A stretch of 43,406 nucleotides of DNA from Candidatus Velthaea sp. (GCA_050012475.1 JBEKHC010000037.1:1-43406), one strand, 5' to 3'; shown: positions 1 through 9,818, counted from the stretch's first letter. The notes: generated by a model from the sequence alone, not told the origin. Translations and numbers: made by a program.

Positions 1-2
1 GT

Positions 3-473
3 CGCCGCGATCGATCGCGCGAGCTGCAGGGCCGGCGCTCCGGGCTCGACGCCGGCCCGGTTCTGGCCCACGTTTACGTCGACGAGCATGCGCAAGGCGA
101 TCCCGGCCGCTGCGGCGGCACGTGCGAGCGGTTCGGCAACCGTCAAACTGTCGGCGACAACGGTCAGCCGGGCCCGCTTCGCCAAGACGACGGCGCGTTC
201 GATCTTCGCTGCGCCCACGAGTTCGGTCGTGAGCAAAATGTCGGCGATGCCGCCGTCGCAGAGGGCTTCGGCTTCGCCCAGTTTGGCGCAGCAGACGCCG
301 ATCGCACCGCGCGCCAGCTGCATCTTGGCGAGCGTAGCCGTTTTGTGCGTCTTGGCATGCGGCCGGAGTTTGACGTGCGAGCGCGCAAAGTCGGCGGCCA
401 TCCGATCGAGGTTTTGCTCGACCGCATCAAGGTCGAGCAGCAACGCCGGCGTGTCGAGATCGTCGATGTTCAT
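3..473 (-). CDS. DSD1/D-threonine aldolase-like PLP-dependent enzyme (alanine racemase fold), 3' part runs off the window
   Basis: Own translation from ATG at 473: MNIDDLDTPALLLDLDAVEQNLDRM...LRPHAKTHK...GVCCAKLGEAEAL...VDVNVGQNRAG. The LDTP and RPHxKTHK (PLP Lys) motifs are typical of this family. Not in the ORF track because the frame is open at the window edge. Confidence 0.9.
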   Translation of the reverse strand, partial: MNIDDLDTPALLLDLDAVEQNLDRMAADFARSHVKLRPHAKTHKTATLAKMQLARGAIGVCCAKLGEAEALCDGGIADILLTTELVGAAKIERAVVLAKRARLTVVADSLTVAEPLARAAAAAGIALRMLVDVNVGQNRAGVEPGAPALQLARSIAA

Positions 474-567
474 GCCCGGGCGCTTCGCGGCGCTGTAAGC
501 GAACCCGCTCGCCGAGGGCCTGCCGGATTGAACAGTGGTGGCGCGTTCGCGGACCGAAGACTTCGCC

Positions 568-2223
568 ATGATTACGCCGGCCGAACTCGAGACCGTCCCC
601 GTCTTCGCCGCCCTCGCCCATCCACAGCTGTCGCGGATTGCGGCGCGGGCCGCCGACATCCACGCCAATGCCGGAGAATGGATTGTGCACGAAGGCGATC
701 CGGCGTATTTTTGGGCGGTGCTCAGCGGCGAGGTCGAGGCCGTGCGGCGCGTTGCGGGCGTTCCGCAGCAAATGACGACGTTCGATCCGGGCGAGTACTT
801 CGGCGAAGTTCCGCTCATGTTGTCGGCGCCCGCGTTTTCCGGTGTGCGCGCGCTGCAGCACTCGCGGCTCGCGCGCGTCGACGCAATCGACTTCCATGCA
901 ATGGTCACGGAAAGCACCGACGCGGCCGCCCTGCTGGCGCAAACGCTCGTGCGGCGCGTGGGTTTGATCGGCAATGCCTACGCGACTTCACCGGTGACGC
1001 AAGCAACGATCGTCGGCGACCGGTACGATTTTGCGTGTCACGACATCCGTGATTTTCTGGCACGCAATCAGATCGTCTTCGAGTGGTTCGATCCAAGCGA
1101 TCCTGCCGACGCCGAATGCATCCCGCCGGAGGCCTTGGGCGCCGCGCGTTACCCCGCTGTCGTGCTGTCCGACAAGCGCGTGCTGGAGGTGCCCGGCTTG
1201 CGCGAGCTGGCCGAGAGTTTGCATCTGCAGACCCAACCGAACGGCGACGACTATGACGTGATCATCATCGGGGGCGGACCCGCGGGGCTTGCCGCCGCGG
1301 TGTATGGCGGATCGGAAGGCCTGCGCACGATGATGATCGAGCGCGAAGCCCCCGGCGGCCAAGCCGGCACGTCGTCACGCATCGAGAATTACTTGGGCTT
1401 TCCCGGCGGCGTTTCGGGCGGCGATCTGGCAAACCGCGCGTTGCTTCAGGCCAAACGCTTCGGCACCGAAATTCTCGTGACGCGTTCCGTCACGGCGATC
1501 GAGCCGGCCCCCGGCGGACACTGCGTGCGGCTCGACGGCGGCGTTGCGGTGCGAACGCGCGCGGTCGTTATCGCAACCGGCGTCGCTTGGCGTCGACTCG
1601 AGGTCGAAGGCGCGGAAGCGCTCGTGGGCCGCGGCGTTTTCTACGGCGCGGCGCGCACCGAAGCGTTGGGAACGCGCGGCAAAGACATCTTTCTCATCGG
1701 CGGCGGGAACTCGGCCGGCCAGGCGGCGATGTTTTTCTCGAATTACGCCCGCAGCGTGACGCTGCTCGTCCGCGGCTCGGCGCTCGAGACGAGCATGTCC
1801 TACTATCTCATCGAACAGCTTCGAAGCAAAGACAACATCGCCGTGGAAACCAATACGGTCGTCAGCGCGGTCCGCGGCGAAGCGCACATCCAGACGATCG
1901 TGACGCGCAATGTTGCGAGCGCCGCCGTCTCTGAACGCGCTGCCGATGCATTGTTCTCGTTCATCGGCGCGGACGCCGAGACGAGCTGGCTCCCGGGCGA
2001 GATCGAGCGCGACGAGCATGGCTACATCTGCACCGGGCACGACATCGGCGACTGGCCGCTGGAGCGCGCTCCCTACCCGCTGGAGTCGCGTGTCCCCGGG
2101 ATTTTCGCCGCCGGCGACGTGCGCAGCAACTCAGTCAAACGCGTCGCGTCCGGTGTCGGGGAAGGCAGTATGGTCATTGCTTTCATCCATCAATACTTGG
2201 CCACTCTCGGCGTTCCGGCATAA
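568..2223 (+). CDS. Cyclic-nucleotide-binding domain + glutaredoxin-like domain + thioredoxin-reductase-like FAD oxidoreductase
   Basis: cNMP motif (GEWIVHEGD, GEYFGEVPL), FAD motif IIGGGPAG, GGQAGTSSRIENYLGFP, NAD(P) motif IGGGNSAGQAA, GIFAAGDVR...KRVASGVGEG. ATG 568 preferred over GTG 535. Confidence 0.9.
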   Translation: MITPAELETVPVFAALAHPQLSRIAARAADIHANAGEWIVHEGDPAYFWAVLSGEVEAVRRVAGVPQQMTTFDPGEYFGEVPLMLSAPAFSGVRALQHSRLARVDAIDFHAMVTESTDAAALLAQTLVRRVGLIGNAYATSPVTQATIVGDRYDFACHDIRDFLARNQIVFEWFDPSDPADAECIPPEALGAARYPAVVLSDKRVLEVPGLRELAESLHLQTQPNGDDYDVIIIGGGPAGLAAAVYGGSEGLRTMMIEREAPGGQAGTSSRIENYLGFPGGVSGGDLANRALLQAKRFGTEILVTRSVTAIEPAPGGHCVRLDGGVAVRTRAVVIATGVAWRRLEVEGAEALVGRGVFYGAARTEALGTRGKDIFLIGGGNSAGQAAMFFSNYARSVTLLVRGSALETSMSYYLIEQLRSKDNIAVETNTVVSAVRGEAHIQTIVTRNVASAAVSERAADALFSFIGADAETSWLPGEIERDEHGYICTGHDIGDWPLERAPYPLESRVPGIFAAGDVRSNSVKRVASGVGEGSMVIAFIHQYLATLGVPA

Positions 2224-2394
2224 TACGAATTCAGCTGCGCCGCGGCCCCAACTGCGTCGTGCTGGGCGGGCCCGGTTATTCCCGGCCGTTAGCAGCACGG
2301 GGCATGGAACGCTGAGAGCGTCGCGCTTAAGAAGGTCACGATGCCGCGGTTGCGTGCGCTGGTGCGGCCGAACCGCGGCGGCTTGTCGTCGCGG

Positions 2395-2778
2395 CTACGT
2401 CGCGTATTGCGCGATTCCGTTGCCGAACGACCAGTTTTCTTTCGTCACCTCGACGAGGTTGATGATGACGTCCGCAGGCGCAATTCCCGGCGCGGCGACC
2501 AGCAAATCGGCGATCTTGGCATACAGCGCACGTTTTTGCTCGACCGTCCGACCGGTGTTGAGCGTGATTTGGATGATGACGATGTCTTCACTGTGCCGCA
2601 CGCTCAGATACTCTTGCGGGTAGACGATCTGCGCGCAATCGGTGCCGGTGATGATTTGAAATTTGTCGTCGAGCGGGACGTTGACCGTCTCGACGAGGGC
2701 GCGGTGGACGGCGTCGCCGACGGCCGACGCATAGTGGGCATCGTGCTTTCGATTGATCGAGATTCGAACGAGCGGCAC
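2395..2778 (-). CDS. Tautomerase superfamily protein (MSAD/cis-CaaD-like, ~127 aa)
   Basis: GTG start at 2778 with AAGGAG RBS gives (M)PLVRISI with the catalytic Pro1. Also VPLDDKFQII, GRTVEQKRALY, ENWSFGNG. Confidence 0.9.
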   Translation of the reverse strand: MPLVRISINRKHDAHYASAVGDAVHRALVETVNVPLDDKFQIITGTDCAQIVYPQEYLSVRHSEDIVIIQITLNTGRTVEQKRALYAKIADLLVAAPGIAPADVIINLVEVTKENWSFGNGIAQYAT

Positions 2779-2909
2779 GCTGGTGCTCCTTTCGGGTCGA
2801 ACCGGAACTCGGCTCCCCATACGGCTTCCTCGCTCCGTTGCAAGCAATGTCCTCTGCAGAGAAGCGCGCCGTCGCAGGCCGATCAAAACACCGGAGCAAA
2901 CTCGTCATC

Positions 2910-3437
2910 ATGATTCGCCCGGCGCTGCGCGCCGATATCGAGTGCTTGACGCAGCTGATCGATACCTCGGTTCGTGAATTGCATCGAGCCTACTACACGG
3001 CTGCGCAGATCGAGCTCGCGCTGCGCAAGGTCTTCGGCGTCGACACGGTCCTCATCGACGACCAAACGTATTTCATCGTCGAAGAGGACGGCGAGATCGT
3101 CGCCTGCGGAGGCTGGAGTAAACGCGCGACACTGTACGGCGGCGACAACTTCGCCGGGCGAACCGACGACCTGCTCGATCCGGCGCGGGAACCGGCCAAG
3201 ATCCGTGCGTTCTTCGTGCGGCCCAGTCAAGCGCGGCGCGGCCTGGCTTCGCTGCTGCTCGAGCGCTGCGAGCGTGAAGCGGCGGCGGCCGGCTTCCGGC
3301 GAGCCGAGATGGGAGCGACGCTCAGCGGCGTGCCGTTTTATGCGGCGCGCGGATACGTGGAAACCGCACGTGCCGACGTCGCGCTATCGCCGGACCTGAC
3401 CATGCCCATCGTGCGAATGGAACGTAATCTCCCCTAA
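2910..3437 (+). CDS. GNAT family N-acetyltransferase
   Basis: MIRPA start, VACGGW, IRAFFVRPSQARRGLASLLL (motif A), GVPFYAARGY (motif B). Confidence 0.9.
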   Translation: MIRPALRADIECLTQLIDTSVRELHRAYYTAAQIELALRKVFGVDTVLIDDQTYFIVEEDGEIVACGGWSKRATLYGGDNFAGRTDDLLDPAREPAKIRAFFVRPSQARRGLASLLLERCEREAAAAGFRRAEMGATLSGVPFYAARGYVETARADVALSPDLTMPIVRMERNLP

Positions 3438-3505
3438 ACACGCCACCGCGGCTCGGCGCGCAGCGCCGAACGCCGCGGATTCGGGCGCAATGCGCCGGAT
3501 CCGGT

Positions 3506-6028
3506 TTACTTGCGAGCAGCCCCGCCGTTTCGTCCGAGCTGGACGCGATTCTTCCCCTGCGCTTTTGCCTCAAACATTGCGGCGTCGGCGCAGGCCAGCA
3601 GCGACGCCGGGTCGGTCCCGCTCTCGGGAAACAAACTCACGCCGATGCTCGTGCTCAGCGTTAGCCTTTGTCCCTTGACGGGCATCGGTTGACGCACGGC
3701 GTCCGCGACGCGCCGCGCGAATGCGCCGGCGTCGTGTGCCGTTTGGATCAGAGGTGCCAGAATGACGAATTCGTCGCCGCCCAAACGGGCGACGGTATCG
3801 CCTTGGCGCGCGAAGCTTTCGAGCCGCGCAGCCGTGCTCTTCAGGACTTCATCGCCGGCGAGGTGGCCGAGCGAGTCGTTGACGGTCTTGAACCCGTCGA
3901 GATCCAAAAAAAGCAATGCGAAGCGAACATCTTCCCGCTTGGCCGATATGATGCACTGCGCCAAACGGTCCATGAAGAGCGCGCGATTGGGCAGACCGGT
4001 GAGCGAGTCGTGAAAGGCCAATCTGTCGAGCCGCGCGCGGGTGAGGGACCGCTCGATCGCCGAGGCAATGATGTCACCGGTAATCCGCACGAACTCCGTG
4101 TCGAAAGCGGAAAACTCTTGATGACGAACGCTGCGCCCCAAGAAGCCGATGGCGCCGTAGCGGCGACCGTCGACGCGGATCGCGACAGCGACGTAGCACT
4201 GCCACTCGTCATGATAGACGATTCCGTGCTGCTTGCGCGCCGTTGCGACGTCCGGGGCTGCGAGCACCGAATCGGAGTCGACGACACGACCGATGAGCGT
4301 CGTGTTCAAGGGGTACCGTTTCCCCGGGCCGTAACTCGGCTGAGCACCGGCGGTCACGACGTTTTGCATGACGAGCTCGTTGGTGAGTTCGTCGACGGCT
4401 CCGAAATACGCTTGTTCGAGTGCCAGCTCTTCGAGTGCGAACGTGAGGGCTCGGTCGACGCGGCTGTTATCGCTTTGGGTCCGCGATGTTGCCAGCGTGT
4501 GCAGAGTGCGCAGGCGGTCCGCATAGCGACTCAATTGCGCCTCAGCCTTCTTGCGGCGCTGCAGTTGCACGAGCTGCATGAACTGTTCGCGCAGCAAGCG
4601 CGCGTTCTCGATCTCGACTTGCGTCCACGGCAGGCTCCGGCCGCGCTTGACGCTTGAACTCGGGCCGGCCGGCGTTTCGGCCGGAGTTGGAGCCCAAACG
4701 ATCGGTTCGACGTGCTCGCGCCGCAGCAGCAGAATGTAATCGTCCGACGCTTCGGAGAAACCGAAATACAGCGCGCCGCTAACTTCGCGTTCGTGGTCTG
4801 TTCCGAGGTCGAGCGACGCCAGTGAGTCGCAGCCGGCGATACCGCGTGAACATTGCTGCTTGAGCGCTCGGGTCACCGCTTCTAAATCGAGCTGTTCCAA
4901 CTGCAGCCCACAACTGAATTCGCGGCCGTCGATGCACGAAACGAGCCCTTCGGCACGAAACAAGCTCAAGAGACGCACCTGATCGGATCCGTCACCCGGC
5001 GGCGGCAGCGCACTGCGTTCGATCGCGGCCATGTAGGTCTCGATTCTTTCCCGCGAACGGAGCCGCTCTTCCAGCGCCGATGCGCTCGTTCGGGAGAGGA
5101 TATGAGCCGCTGTGAGTTGGGCCAACAAATTGCAGACCGTGTGCGTAGTGAAGTCGAGCCGGTGCGGTAAACCATGATGAGCGACGATCATTCCCCAGGG
5201 TTTCCCGCGCACGATGAGCGAGAGCGTCATCATTGCTCGGACACCCATGTTGCGCAGGTTGAGAAGATGCTCGGGAGCGCTGCTTCGCAGGATCGAGCGT
5301 GACAGATCCAACGCCAGGCCGGTTTGCGAGTTGGTTGGCGGGACCAATGCGACGGGCTGTGCATCGACATCCACGATCGTGCGCAGGGTCGTGATTTGAC
5401 AAGAGCGGCGCGCGCGAGCTGAGAAATAGCCGGCCGGGAAATAAAGTCCAAGATAGACCGGCGGGGTCGGGCCTGCCTCAGCGATGACTTGAGCATTCCA
5501 ATCGCCGTCGAATTGATAGATCATGACGCGCTCGAAACCGCTCGCGCGCCGGATCTCCGCTGCTGCACGGTTAGCAATACCGAGAATGCTGTCTTCGCAC
5601 GCGAACCGGCTCAGCGGCCCCTGCAGTGCGATGGTGACATTGAGCGTCTGCGGCACCGCGATCGGCAGCATTTCGATGAGCAGCATGCCTCCCTGACGGT
5701 GGGCGATGCACTCGAAAGAGCGGATGGGACGACCGATGCGCACTTCTGCGCGACAATATTCGAGCGGATCGCCGGCGGCCATTGCAGCACGAAACATTTC
5801 GTACTGGGAGGCGCCCAAAACGCGCTCCAGAGAGCGATCGACCAGATGGGTGGGCGAGATGCCGATGGTAATCTCGACGTTCGCACTCACTTGACGAACG
5901 ATGCAGTCCGATTCGGAAACGGCGAGAAGGCAGCCATGGGGCTGTGTGAGTCCGCCGGAATGAATCGCGTTGCGCGCGCGGCGTTCGTTCTCCGTCCATG
6001 ACGGGTCGTTTGAATTTAGCGGCTGCAC
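3506..6028 (-). CDS. Phytochrome-like PAS-GAF-PHY + GAF + GGDEF diguanylate cyclase (bilin-binding motifs degenerate)
   Basis: QPHGCLL, GFERVMIYQF, LDLSRSILRS, second GAF domain, HDSLTGLPNR, DLDGFKTVNDSLGH, RxxD I-site and GGDEF. Confidence 0.9.
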   Translation of the reverse strand: MQPLNSNDPSWTENERRARNAIHSGGLTQPHGCLLAVSESDCIVRQVSANVEITIGISPTHLVDRSLERVLGASQYEMFRAAMAAGDPLEYCRAEVRIGRPIRSFECIAHRQGGMLLIEMLPIAVPQTLNVTIALQGPLSRFACEDSILGIANRAAAEIRRASGFERVMIYQFDGDWNAQVIAEAGPTPPVYLGLYFPAGYFSARARRSCQITTLRTIVDVDAQPVALVPPTNSQTGLALDLSRSILRSSAPEHLLNLRNMGVRAMMTLSLIVRGKPWGMIVAHHGLPHRLDFTTHTVCNLLAQLTAAHILSRTSASALEERLRSRERIETYMAAIERSALPPPGDGSDQVRLLSLFRAEGLVSCIDGREFSCGLQLEQLDLEAVTRALKQQCSRGIAGCDSLASLDLGTDHEREVSGALYFGFSEASDDYILLLRREHVEPIVWAPTPAETPAGPSSSVKRGRSLPWTQVEIENARLLREQFMQLVQLQRRKKAEAQLSRYADRLRTLHTLATSRTQSDNSRVDRALTFALEELALEQAYFGAVDELTNELVMQNVVTAGAQPSYGPGKRYPLNTTLIGRVVDSDSVLAAPDVATARKQHGIVYHDEWQCYVAVAIRVDGRRYGAIGFLGRSVRHQEFSAFDTEFVRITGDIIASAIERSLTRARLDRLAFHDSLTGLPNRALFMDRLAQCIISAKREDVRFALLFLDLDGFKTVNDSLGHLAGDEVLKSTAARLESFARQGDTVARLGGDEFVILAPLIQTAHDAGAFARRVADAVRQPMPVKGQRLTLSTSIGVSLFPESGTDPASLLACADAAMFEAKAQGKNRVQLGRNGGAARK

Positions 6029-6739
6029 CGATCGGTCCGCCGCAATGACTCGGTGACGGATCTGCGTCGCACCAGGAGCCGGAACGGATCGAGCTTGGCT
6101 TTATCGCCTTGTCCAGATTGTCGAGCGAGCGCGGGTGACCAGCTCCTCGAGTCATTCGAAAAGGAGACTCTACTCAAATAAAACATCGGAGCAAATCCTC
6201 GCCAGGACGTGCGGTGAGCTTACGCAGACGGCTGCCGTTCACCTATTATGAAGACAGGCGAGCGGAATTTCGGCCGCAACGCTGCGTAACGAAATAAAAG
6301 CGAAGAAGACGTAGACTCGGCTGCGTGTCTGGCCGAGGCAAACGGTTTCGCAAGGCATGGACTCGGCCATGATGACGCGGCCGATCGCTAAGCTGCACGC
6401 CGCGTTCGCGGAGCTGGGCCGCCGCCGCTCGATCGCGGGACGCTCCACTGGTCCGCTCTCCAAGTTCTCTCCAATTTCAACGCGTAGGCGAAATCGATGC
6501 GGCGCCCGGCGCAGTTCAGGAGGCAATTTCCCGAACTCGTCTTCGGCCTGACGTGTGCTTGGGTTCGCCCCGGCGGCGAGGCCCCGGTCGTCGGCTTCGA
6601 GGTCGCAAGGCGATCGGCGCGTCGACGGGACAGAACCGGCGGTTCTATCCGGCGGTTCTATAGTGAGAGCGGTTCTATAGCGAGAGCGGGATGAAAACTG
6701 CGGCGACTTGCGAGGACATCGAATGGAATCCAAGGCCCG

Positions 6740-7139
6740 CATTACGTGCAATTGCCGCTGGCGAAAGGCGACGCCGTGTTCTTCAATCCGGCGCTTTTTC
6801 ACGCGGCCGGGGCCAACCGGACCAGCGAGGTCTATCGGATGGCGAACGTACCTCAAATTTCGTCGGCATTCGGGCGTGCAGTCGGCATTCGGGCTTGCAA
6901 TGGAAGCCGTCGACCGCACCCGGATGTGCTCCGCCCTCTATCCGGTGTTGCTCGCAACGACCGCCGGCGGCCGATTGTCGGCTGCGCAAGCTGCTGCTGC
7001 CGCAGCTGCCTGCGCGCCACTAGGGCGGTCTGGCGCCGCTAGCCAACAGGCCTTGATGTTGGCAGCACTGGACGAAGCACGCCCAAGCGAGCTTTTCATC
7101 ATCGATTTGCTGGCGCAGGACAAACGTCGGCGAAGCTGA
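6740..7139 (+). pseudogene. Phytanoyl-CoA dioxygenase (PhyH) family C-terminal remnant, frameshifted
   Basis: VQLPLAKGDAVFFNPALFHAAGANRT...MANVPQISSAFGRA continues in another frame as MEAVDRTRMCSALYPVLL. The shift coincides with a 19-bp tandem duplication at 6862-6899. No 5' half is present. Confidence 0.75.
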
Positions 7140-7141
7140 TT

Positions 7142-8530
7142 TCAAACGGCCGCCCGCTCGACGATCTCGCCGGAGACCGACGGCACGACGGCGTGACGCG
7201 CCGGTTCCGTGTCGCCGTTGCCGTTGAACAATGCGTTGAGGAGAACGGCGGTAAATGCGGCCAGCGTGATGCCGCTATGGGCGAAGGGTGCCGTCCAATT
7301 CGGCAATTGCGCGAACATCGTCGGGGACACCAGCGGGATCATGCCGATGCCCACGCTGACGGCGACGACGAGCAAGTTGTGCCGTTCGCTCAAACGGGCG
7401 CCGGACAGAATCTTGATCCCGGTTGCGGCAACCATCCCGAACATCGCGATGCCGGCGCCGCCGAGTACCGCGGCCGGTATCGAGGCCACGACCGTTGCGA
7501 GCTTCGGAAACAGACCCAGGACGATCAAAATCACGCCGCTTGTCGCGACCGCCCAGCGGCTGCGCACGCCGGTCATCCCGATCAGCCCGACGTTCTGCGA
7601 GAACGACGTGTACGGAAACGGGTTGAAGCAACCGCCGATGATCGCGCCCACGCCATCGGCGCGCAGACCGCGCACCAGCGTGCGCTGCGTCACCGGCCGT
7701 TCGCACAGTTCGCCGAGCGCCAAAAACATGCCGGTCGACTCGACCATCGTCACGATCATGACGATGCACAGCGAGACGATTGCCCCGAGATTGAATTGCG
7801 GGAGCCCGAAGCGGAACGGCCGTACGATGTCGATGACTTGGGCCTGCGCGACGCCGGAAAAGTCGACGGCGCCGGTCGGCAATGCGGCCACGAATCCGAT
7901 CCCAAGGCCCAGCAGGACGGCAATGTTCGCCCAAAAACCGCGCGCGAAGCGGTTGATCAGCAGCACCGCGGCTAACACCAGCGCGGCCAGAACGATGTTT
8001 TTCGGCGAACCGAAACTCGGCGCGCCGACGCCGCCCCCGGCCCACTGAATGCCGACGGCGAGCAGCGTGATGCCGATCGTCAAGATGACCGTGCCGGTGA
8101 CCAGGGGCGGAAAAAAGCGCAACATGCGGCTGAACACCGGCGCGATCGCGACCGCGAAGATGCCCGACGCGATTACCGATCCATAAATGACCGGCAGCCC
8201 GAGGTGAGCGTTCCCCAACGCGATGATCGGCCCGACGCAGGCGAACGTCACGCCCATTACCACCGGCAGCCGGATGCCGACGCCGCCGAGGCCGATACAC
8301 TGCAGCAGCGTCGCGAGCCCGCAGGCGAAGAGATCGGCGTTAATTAAGGCAGCTTGCTGCTCCTTGGGCAGGTGGAGCGCGCTGCCGACGATGAGCGGCA
8401 CGGCGATCGCGCCGGCGTACATCACCAGAACGTGCTGCAGCCCGATCGCGGCCATTTGGCCTGGCGGAAGTACCTGCTCGATCGGGTCCGCCGCCCGCGC
8501 TGAGTCGTGACGATAGGCTTTGGCTTGCAT
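7142..8530 (-). CDS. NCS2/NAT family purine (xanthine/uric acid) permease
   Basis: GLQHVLVMYAGAIAVP, RLPVVMGVTF, NAT signature SFSQNVGLIGMTGV, many TM helices. Confidence 0.95.
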   Translation of the reverse strand: MQAKAYRHDSARAADPIEQVLPPGQMAAIGLQHVLVMYAGAIAVPLIVGSALHLPKEQQAALINADLFACGLATLLQCIGLGGVGIRLPVVMGVTFACVGPIIALGNAHLGLPVIYGSVIASGIFAVAIAPVFSRMLRFFPPLVTGTVILTIGITLLAVGIQWAGGGVGAPSFGSPKNIVLAALVLAAVLLINRFARGFWANIAVLLGLGIGFVAALPTGAVDFSGVAQAQVIDIVRPFRFGLPQFNLGAIVSLCIVMIVTMVESTGMFLALGELCERPVTQRTLVRGLRADGVGAIIGGCFNPFPYTSFSQNVGLIGMTGVRSRWAVATSGVILIVLGLFPKLATVVASIPAAVLGGAGIAMFGMVAATGIKILSGARLSERHNLLVVAVSVGIGMIPLVSPTMFAQLPNWTAPFAHSGITLAAFTAVLLNALFNGNGDTEPARHAVVPSVSGEIVERAAV

Positions 8531-8880
8531 CGTTGCCACTCAGCGACCCGGGTGCCGGCAGCCTTTGTGCAAACGGCCGACATTCAATGTGCCGGCCGCG
8601 GACCGAACCTGACCGAACCGGAACTCGGAACGATCGTCGTGGGCCCTCGCCGAAAGGGAATCGGCAGCGCCTTTGATCGAGCGTTCGTGATGGCGATGCT
8701 TTTCATTCGTTAAGAGCAGCCCGCGAGTACGATCATCGCGCGCTTCATCCGCAGCGCAGTGACAATTCGCGTCGAGGGGGCCGCGCGGCCATCGCCTTGG
8801 CTCATGCCGAAAAAGAATATCGGCCGATCGGCCTGCCGACGCGGAGATCCGGGACGCCGGCGTTTTGGGCGGAGGAGCCG

Positions 8881-8950
8881 TTACGGAACGACCTTTTTGA
8901 CGCGGTCCTACCGGCGCGGGCGAATCGTAACGATATGCGTTTGCCTGCAT
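8881..8950 (-). pseudogene. Relic 5' end of a paralogous NCS2 permease gene
   Basis: Reads MQANAYRYDSPAPV, then after a frameshift DRVKKVVP. The intact gene 420 bp downstream reads MQAKAYRHDSARAADPIEQVLP. Confidence 0.7.
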
Positions 8951-9061
8951 CGCGTGCTCTCGGCGCTCGTCAGCCGGTAGACCGATCTGGGCGGCGCCGG
9001 TCATGCGGGACGCGGGTTCGATCGGCACGGCGGAAGAAGCCAGCGGCATGCGGGATATGAC

Positions 9062-9721
9062 GTGACGCACTCGGCCGGGTTCAGCGCCACGGAGCGCGCG
9101 GCAGTGTATCACGCGATCGAGGCCCGGCGAGACGTGCGCGCCCACTTCGTGCCTGACGAGGTCGACCCGCAAGCGCTGCAGCGCGTCCTCGAAGCCGCGC
9201 ATCGCGCACCTTCGGTCGGGCTTTCACAACCATGGCGGTTCATCGTCGTTCGCGACGAACGGACGCGCGCCGACGTCCACGCTGCGTTCGTGGAAGCCAA
9301 CACCGTGGCGCGACGAAGTTACTCCGGCGAGCGCCAGGAGAATTATGGCCGGCTACGGCTCGAAGGCATCCTCGATGCGCCGCTCAACATCTGCGTCCTG
9401 TGCGACGAGGATCCGGCCCGCGGCCATGGGTTGGGCCGGCGAACGATTCCGCAGACGGCGCTCTATTCGACGGTTTGCGCGATCCAAAATCTTTGGCTTG
9501 CGGCGCGGGTGGAAGGCATCGGCGTCGGCTGGGTGAGCATCCTCGATCCCGATAGGCTGCGCACGATCTTGGCCGTTCCGCCGAATCTGAACGTCGTGGC
9601 GTATCTGTGCGTCGGGTATGTCAGCGCGTTCGAGAGCGAGCCAGACCTGGTGCGTGCGGGCTGGGAAGCGCGCGCTCCGCTTGCCGACGTCGTGTATAAC
9701 GAACGCTACGGCGTGCGATAG
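9062..9721 (+). CDS. bluB: 5,6-dimethylbenzimidazole synthase
   Basis: ERAAVYHAIEARRDVR, AAHRAPSVGLSQPWRF, LEGILDAP, LGRRTIP, YSTVCAIQNLWLAARVEGIGVGWVS. Confidence 0.95.
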   Translation: MTHSAGFSATERAAVYHAIEARRDVRAHFVPDEVDPQALQRVLEAAHRAPSVGLSQPWRFIVVRDERTRADVHAAFVEANTVARRSYSGERQENYGRLRLEGILDAPLNICVLCDEDPARGHGLGRRTIPQTALYSTVCAIQNLWLAARVEGIGVGWVSILDPDRLRTILAVPPNLNVVAYLCVGYVSAFESEPDLVRAGWEARAPLADVVYNERYGVR

Positions 9722-9818
9722 TGGATTCGCCTCGGCTTTGCTCGACGAATCCATCGCGTTCGGCTTCGCCGAGCCGCCCGTCGCGTGTCGGGCAAAGCCC
9801 GACACACTCCTGAACGTC

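Noticed and set aside
6337..6368. c-di-GMP-I riboswitch (GGCAAAC...GCAA...GGAC)
   Set aside because: The stem pairs poorly, the following GCAAAG and second stem are absent, and no intact gene lies downstream.
8950..9061. Cobalamin riboswitch before bluB
   Set aside because: No B12-box or GGGAA/GCCACTG elements are visible and the space is short.
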